Source: Coniocarpon cinnabarinum
Taxonomy: Eukaryota
NCBI GenBank assembly: GCA_051942205.1
Contig: JAVECO010000205.1
Coordinates: 1-38,213, forward strand
Reading direction: 5' to 3'
DNA length: 38,213 nucleotides
The position numbers were made by a program, and so were the translations under genes. Shown piece by piece: positions 31,612 to 38,213 of the stretch. The notes beneath the pieces are model-generated. The model was not told where the DNA came from. It did no database searches and saw nothing but the letters and a program-made list of their open reading frames with translations. The stretch's first letter is position 1. Each line of letters opens with the position of its first letter.

Positions 31612-34344
31612 TTATCCAAGCTGAACGCACATTTTCTTCACCAAGTTGTTCACTTCCTTCATTTTCGGAGATGCAGTCAGATCCAGAAACTTTCTGGCGT
31701 CGCGAATACCCTTGCATCCATCTTCATCGCTGAAAGAGTCCTTCAGCACCGTGTACTTGTCTGTGATGTTTTTAACGATGCTATCAACGTTGCAAAGCAT
31801 GTCCTTGCGATGGATCTCGCGAGCAGCTGCCAAATCTCTCACGGCATTCGCGGTGATGTCGTCGACGAAACTGTTGGCGCATCTGTTTTCTAACTTAGCT
31901 CGCATGAGGGCTTGCATTCTGCATTTTGCCCCTTTGCCACCACAGGTAGCTATCGAGTTGTAGGTGTCAAGCAAGTACAGCAAAATGTAGGCATCTGGGC
32001 CAAAACCCTCAAGACGACGGCGAAGTCTATTGTCTATATCTTGGAGCTTGTCAAAGTCAAGCTCAACCACGTTTTTTAGCTGCTCGTATTCTGCTAACAC
32101 CGTATCTTTGAAGTCTTGGACGATGCTCGAGGATTTGTGCCCATCCATGACCTGGAAGGTCGGTACATCATGTTGCAGGCGTGATTGCAGATTGTCAACC
32201 AGCGCTGTCTTAAGATTTCTTTGCGCATCGCGATAAGTATCCCATATTTCGGCAATGATCGATGCTATTGAAGCAACAATCTGTTTGTTCCAGTCTTGTG
32301 CGGGGATCCTTGAAGTTTTCCAGGAGCCTCTGTTGCGCGCAAACATGCGATAGCTGGCCATCGAAAATGGGTTTGCCTCCCAGACTTTGCTCCTCTCGAG
32401 AGCAGATGAAATGATCTTAGACTTCTTGTTCAAGATGGTCTTGACAACATGGCTCCTGAAAAGTTGGCGATTGTCATTAATGTATTCATCAATGCGCGAC
32501 TTCATGCCACCTGGGCGCAGATCAGATATGCCATTTCGAGTGGTTTCAGCCTCCACAAAATGTTCGCAAACATAATCCAGAAATGGTTTCATGGCGTTTT
32601 GCTGGTACAATTCATAGGCCTTGTAGATGCGCTCACCTGATTCGACCAAGCTATACCTTCGCACATCTGCAATACCAGTGTATTCAAGAGGCAGAGTATG
32701 GAGATGCTCTTCCGGATCTTTGTACCTCCGGTCGTGATACAGCTTATTTGAAACAGCGAAAAAAGGGACGCCTGGAAACTTTTCCTTCATCGCTGATCTC
32801 ACTGATTTAACGCCAATGCGCATGAAATTAAGCTCGTTCTGCTCTTTTTGGCGATACAAGTGCTGCTCCTGCTGACGAGCGTTCTGCAGTTCTTCTTTAA
32901 AGTTCGTGAGAGGTTCAGGCGACGCAAGCATGTTTCGCAACTGATTCACATGCTCCCTTATCTCTTTGACGTCTCGTTTCTCTTCGTTAATCGATTGCTC
33001 AATTAGACGAACTGTTTGTTCGTCAACCTGACTCTTCAAGCTTTTGAAGGTGCTTTCAGTTGCCATCTTGTCGGCGAAAGTGCACACCAACACAACGTTG
33101 CCGAACCTGTATTGCAGCTTTGTGATTTGCTCATGAACGGAGTAATTTGTCTTTACCCTGGAGATGTCGCAAATAACCCACGCTATGCTACAGTTAGCAA
33201 GATGTTTCTGTGCGACGTTGTCTCGCAGCCAATTTCCACTAATAAGTTCGGGCAAATCCGTGAATGTCATGTACTCTAAGAGTCTGCAGTCTTGCACTCC
33301 AATCTTGATCCTGTCAACTAACGGCCATAATTGCGGTTTGTCGGAATCGAAAATGCGAGTGTAAACCTCCAAAGCATTACTCAAACCAGTGACGTGGTCT
33401 GCTTCTTGGGATACCGTCAGTCCTGTGGAGTCCTTGGGCAAGCATATCATCACCGTCTTCACTTATGTAAGAATAGTGTCCACAATCGACTTGTAAACTG
33501 GCCCGTCTCCTGAGGATATTCCGGTAGGCTGCAAGCAAAGAAAGGAGCGGAAAGCAACCCGGCTTCGAAATGGTCGGTCTGCACGCATCAACCCATGAAG
33601 CATCTCGAACGCAATATCAGCTTGGCGCCTTCGTGCCGCGTTGTTCAAAAATCCGTCTGGATCGCCAAGCATAATGTTAGTGTCGGGATCATCTAGTGGG
33701 TATCTCGCATCGTCGACTAGACCTCGCAGGAAATTTTCGAGGTCACTTGCGTCGTGGAAGGATATTTCCGCTTTGTAGCGTTTGGCCTGCGCCTCAAAAG
33801 GCCTAGTGAACTCAACCGTAACGTTCGTACAAGCCCCTCCCGTGCTGCTTATGTCCGCAAGACCGGCTATGCCAGTCAATGAGTTGATAAGGCTGCTTTT
33901 ACCTGTCCCAGAGTGACCAACCAGTGCAATCCGCTGCTGCTCTAGCTTGGGGAACTCGTTCACACGATCAAGCTTCTCCTTCAACTCTTGGTGGTATCTA
34001 GTATCGCCCTTGCCGTCGAATATGCGAGAAGCTTCGTGCGTAATGTCTTGTAAATGCTTGACCACGCCATTCCAGGACTCATCGAAAACGAGACGGCGTG
34101 ACAACTGCTCTTCTTCATCCTTGTAGTAAATTTGATCATGACCGTTCTCATCGTCATTGTGATTGGGAACGCCGTCGACATCACGCTCGGCGTAATTTTG
34201 AGGTTTAATGGCTTTAGCGAACGTGGACCCTACTGATTCACATTTCTGTGAGTCAGTACTGCAGTCATTGGCGTCGTGTCTGCTTCGCTTGGTGTCTACA
34301 TCTTGGTTGAGCTTTCGTCGCTTCGTTTCTTGCTTATCACTCAT
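31612..34344 (-). pseudogene. SLIP-GC/NUGGC-like dynamin-superfamily GTPase (~910 codons) interrupted by an in-frame TAA at 33465-33463
   Basis: G1 GHSGTGKSSLINSL, G2 GGACTNVTVEF, LWPLVDRIKI, G3 degenerate as TDLPE, G4-like VCTFAD, long helical/coiled-coil C-terminus. The two ORF-track ORFs (33463-34344, 31612-33462) are in the same frame, separated only by the stop. Confidence 0.78.
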
Positions 34345-35015
34345 TGCGAAAGACCCCTGAGCGGGAACTTTCCCAATGAAGCAATTTCTGCTCAGAGTTT
34401 ATGGAGACGCTGAAAAGAAATAATACAAGTCTGGAAAGGAAAAGAAGACTAATGTAACGTGAAGAAGAGCGGTTTCAGAAGAAAGGCGACAGAAGCTGTG
34501 AGCATGTACCTTGCATTGAGGTGAACAGGGCAAAGATGATGCACGTTGATAGCTCACCTTAGTTGTGACTTTGTACCAGAGTCCGGTCTCCTACCCTTAC
34601 CATCATGAACAGATTGGTTTGTCGACTCTGAAACGCCCACAGATGAGATGTTTGAGCCGGCCTCGGCAGCGCGCTATGTAGCGAGCGCCTCATTCTTTCG
34701 TCTCGGCCTGTGGGCAGGCAGGCTAGCAGACCTTTTCTACGGCCGCTAAAGCTAAAGCTTGCCCGCATGTGCCTGCATTTTTGGCACTGCAATGCTTGAG
34801 ACATAATTGCACTGGACTACCACGCGATAAGGGAAATGGGAATCAACTTTGGTGGTCGGGTGGGACCTGGGTTAGAGCACGTGAAGTCCTAATAATATTT
34901 TAATCGATAAATATCGCCATGAACATCTTACCAGCTGGTAAACCGCGATGGCCTGTGACGCCGCTCAGTATCCATGGAAAGGAATCGTCGAGGGCAAGCT
35001 CTGAACGAAATCGCA

Positions 35016-35508
35016 ATGTTCTGCCTGCGTAGCTGGATTCCGATCTTGTTCTTTCTGTAGGTAATCTCCCTAAATTTATGAAGCTATTACTCATATTCCT
35101 AGATACAATAACGCATCGCCAGTATTCCTTGTCCTTTTCCTCTCCACTACGTATTTTTTGAATCGACCATGCGTTTACTGCTCCTTGCTCTTGGCAATAT
35201 TGATTGTGGCGCTTTTCGACTTCCACACCGACTGGCTCACACCTCCATATGAGCGCAATCTACGACCAAGCTCGAACCAATCCAATGCTACCGGTTCTTT
35301 TGCAGGCGTCATTGACGAAAGTATGGCACTGCTCACATCCACGATCGACAGCACAAGAAACGCGTTGGCCAGCGTGACGGCACCTCAGAGTCCGTCAAGA
35401 GCTTCAGGCCGAACACTTTGGAGCGCGTTGGGACTGTCATGGTTGCGGGAAGCTGTACAGCAAGGAGAACTTCGAGTGGATTGTCTGAATACCGTCATAC
35501 GCCTTTGA
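35016..35508 (+). CDS. BC10/BLCAP-family small membrane protein; exons 35016-35056, 35103-35508 (148 aa)
   Basis: Spliced MFCLRSWIPILFFL|YNNASPVFLVLFLSTTYFLNRPCVYCSLLLAIL matches the BC10 pattern (M.CL..W.P.L...; RPC..C); 46-nt GTAGGT..TAG intron. Confidence 0.82.
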
Positions 35509-35765
35509 AAGCAGCTCCCAGCGGCCTTTGTATCATTTTCAGCATAAGAGAGAGCATTGAGCGCGAGGTTTGGTCGATGGACGGAAGGCACACGTGAAAA
35601 GATTGTCCTCAGGGGCATGCGTGTTGTAATTTTAACGGGTTAAAGGGCGACTAGCGTGAACGTGGAGGTTAGTCTCCGACATTGGTTCAAGTTCAATTAG
35701 TCAACAATGGCATCAATGTTACCAGACTCATCATCGAGTGCGAAGGAGGAGAAGGCATAACGTCA

Positions 35766-38213
35766 ATGCTGAAGGCATCGCTCGCCAAATGGCAGCCTGT
35801 AGTGGGGCACGCGACCGCCTTCAGGAACGCGACGTGGGGCAACTTTCGTCCCTTCATTTCGTCGAGTAAGACAGCACACCTCCACTGTAGACTGTCCATA
35901 AACTTCAGTGTGCGCAATCTAGCAAGCATGGCCACCACTGACCGAGACACGCTGCCCAAGAGGTGAGCCCCGTCCGCATCCAGCGACGAGCTTCTGGCTG
36001 ACTGGAAAACTCCAGCATCAAACCTACCCATTACTCCCTCTCGCTGTACGACCTCTCCTTGGCCGCTCCATGGACCTACCAAGGCACCGTCCGCATCGAC
36101 ACCTCAATACATGAGCTCACCGACCATGTCTCGCTCAACGCGCATAACCTTAAAATCCATGAAGCGTCGGTGTTCACAGAACAGAGCAAGACCGAACATG
36201 CCATCAAGGCTAAGAATATGTCCTACGATGAGAAGGCCCAAAGAGTCACGCTTGCTTTCGATGGCAAGCTTCCAACTTCGCCCAAGGCAACACTGGACAT
36301 CAAATTTGAAGGGACCATGAACAACCACATGGCGGGCTTCTATCGATCAAAGTACAAGCCTACAGTGCCTGCCGTCGCCTCTGTACCTCAAGACGAGGAA
36401 TACCACTACATGTTCAGCACCCAGTTCGAGTCATGCAGTGCGCGCGAGGCCTTCCCCTGTTTCGATGAGCCGAACCTGAAGGCATCGTACGATTTTGAGA
36501 TCGAGATACCGGACGACCAGACCGCCTTGAGTAACATGCCAGAGAAGCAGACACGCCAGAGCGGCACGCCAGGATTCAAGGTTGTATCATTTGAGCGCAC
36601 TCCTGTTATGAGCACATACCTACTCGCCTGGGCGTTCGGCGATTTTGAGTACGTTGAAGACTTCACACGACGCAAGTACCAAGGCAAAAGCTTGCCCGTC
36701 CGAGTCTACACTACTCGCGGGCTCAAGGAACAGGGGCGTTTCGCTCTCGAACATGCTCATCAAATTGTTGATTTTTACTCGGATGTCTTTGACATTGAGT
36801 ACCCATTGCCCAAAGCAGACCTGTTAGCTGTACACGAGTTCTCACATGGTGCTATGGAGAACTGGGGCTTAGTCACCTATCGGACGACTGCTGTTCTATT
36901 TGACGAGGCCAACTCTGATCAGAGATACAAGAATCGCGTAGCTTATGTCGTTGCCCATGAGCTTGCGCACCAGTGGTTTGGCAACTTGGTCACTATGGAT
37001 TGGTGGAATGAGCTTTGGCTCAATGAGGGTTTTGCAACCTGGGTCGGCTGGTATGCCGTTAATCATCTGCATCCAGATTGGAGCGTTTGGGCGCAGTTCG
37101 TGGTGCGCAGTCAGTGTGGCTTTACGTAAAACAGCATATGCTGACATGTGCTTATAGGATCAAGAGATGGAGGCTGCCTACTCAATGGACTCCCTACGCA
37201 GCTCACATCCGATTGACGTGCCCGTCAGAGATGCTCTGCAAGTAGAGCAAATATTCGACGCCATCAGCTATCGGAAGGGATGTTCCATCATCCGCATGAT
37301 CAGCTCGCATCTCACAGATGAGCTTTTCCTACGCGGAGTGTCCAGATATCTCAAAGCTCACCAATACGGCAATGCGACAACCAATGACCTTTGGTCTTCT
37401 CTCAGCGACGTCTCAGGACAAGACGTTAAGAGCTTCGTCGACAATTGGATCCTCAAGATTGGCTTCCCTGTAGTTACAGTAGCGGAAGAACCAGGCCAGA
37501 TCTCAGTCCAGCAGAAGCGATTTTTGTCAACAGGCGGCGTCAAGTCCGAAGAGGATCAGACGACGTGGTGGGTTCCACTGAACCTGCGTAGAACTGGCGA
37601 TGTCAAGACGCAAGCCGAGAAAGTGGCTTTGACGACCAAAGAGTCTACCATACGCGACATCAACGATAATTTCTACAAGCTGAACGCCAATCAAACCGGC
37701 TTCTACCGCACCAACTATCCACCCGGACGTCTCGAGAAGCTCGGCGCCTCAAGACACAACCTCAGCGTCGAAGACAAAATCGGCTTGATAACCGATGCCT
37801 CATCTCTCGCTGTCTCCGGCGACGGCACCACACCCGCTCTGCTTGGTCTTCTTCAAGAATTCCAAGACGAAACCAATTACCTGTATGTAACACAACCCTC
37901 TTTCTCTTCATCACACTAACGGTACCACAGCGTCTGGTCCGCCATCATCTCAGCTCTCGGCACCGTCCGTAATGTCTTCTCCTCCAACTCCACCCTCACC
38001 ACCGCACTAAGATCCTTCACACTCAAACTCGTAACCCCCGCCGTCGAAAAGCTCGGCTGGGACTTCAAGCCCAACGAGGACTACCTCACTGCCCAGTTGC
38101 GTCCGCTCTTAATCGGCACAGCCGGCTTCGCAGGCCACGCCGAAATCAACAAAGAAGTCTCCCGCCTCTTCGAAGCCTACATGTCCCCCTCCCCCGAGAA
38201 CCCCACCACCACA
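35766..38213 (+). CDS. APE2: M1-family zinc aminopeptidase (Ape2/Aap1-like), 3' end beyond the window; introns 35963-36015, 37103-37157, 37883-37930; second ATG at 35928
   Basis: STQFESCSAREAFPCFDEP, MSTYLLAW, GAMENWGLVTYR, HELAHQWFGNLVTMDWWNELWLNEGFA (HEXXH-X18-E), IFDAISYRKG; three GT-AG introns keep frame. Confidence 0.95.

Noticed and set aside
33399..33466. Possible intron removing the GTPase stop (ATAAGT...CTGAC...AAG/CAG)
   Set aside because: The donor is non-canonical and phase 2, whereas both candidate acceptors need phase 1; the frame would not be restored.

Overview
Eukaryotic DNA from a filamentous ascomycete (short GT-AG introns with CTRAC/CTAAT branch points, RIP-like CpA->TpA footprints); it is not prokaryotic. 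Spliced gene models rebuilt by eye, left to right: RSM27 (missed by the ORF track), UFD1, a tandem array of F-box/LRR-like genes (two intact paralogs plus a frameshifted third copy not visible in the ORF track), a small PPxY-motif orphan, an SDR, a Pin4/Cip2-like RRM-R3H protein, an aldo-keto reductase whose 3' end is tandemly triplicated and RIP-mutated, a ~1740-aa fungal NLR (helical N-terminus-NACHT-ankyrin-SPRY), a 2-TM orphan, an atypical Rossmann-fold protein, an alpha/beta hydrolase, a SLIP-GC/dynamin-like GTPase interrupted by one in-frame TAA, a BC10/BLCAP-family membrane protein and the 5' part of an M1 aminopeptidase (APE2-like). The most notable items are the F-box birth-and-death array, the RIP-marked ~220-bp triplication, the stop-interrupted GTPase and the NACHT-ANK-SPRY NLR. 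A joint immune or surveillance system is only a hypothesis. All family assignments come from motif recognition, not database searches.
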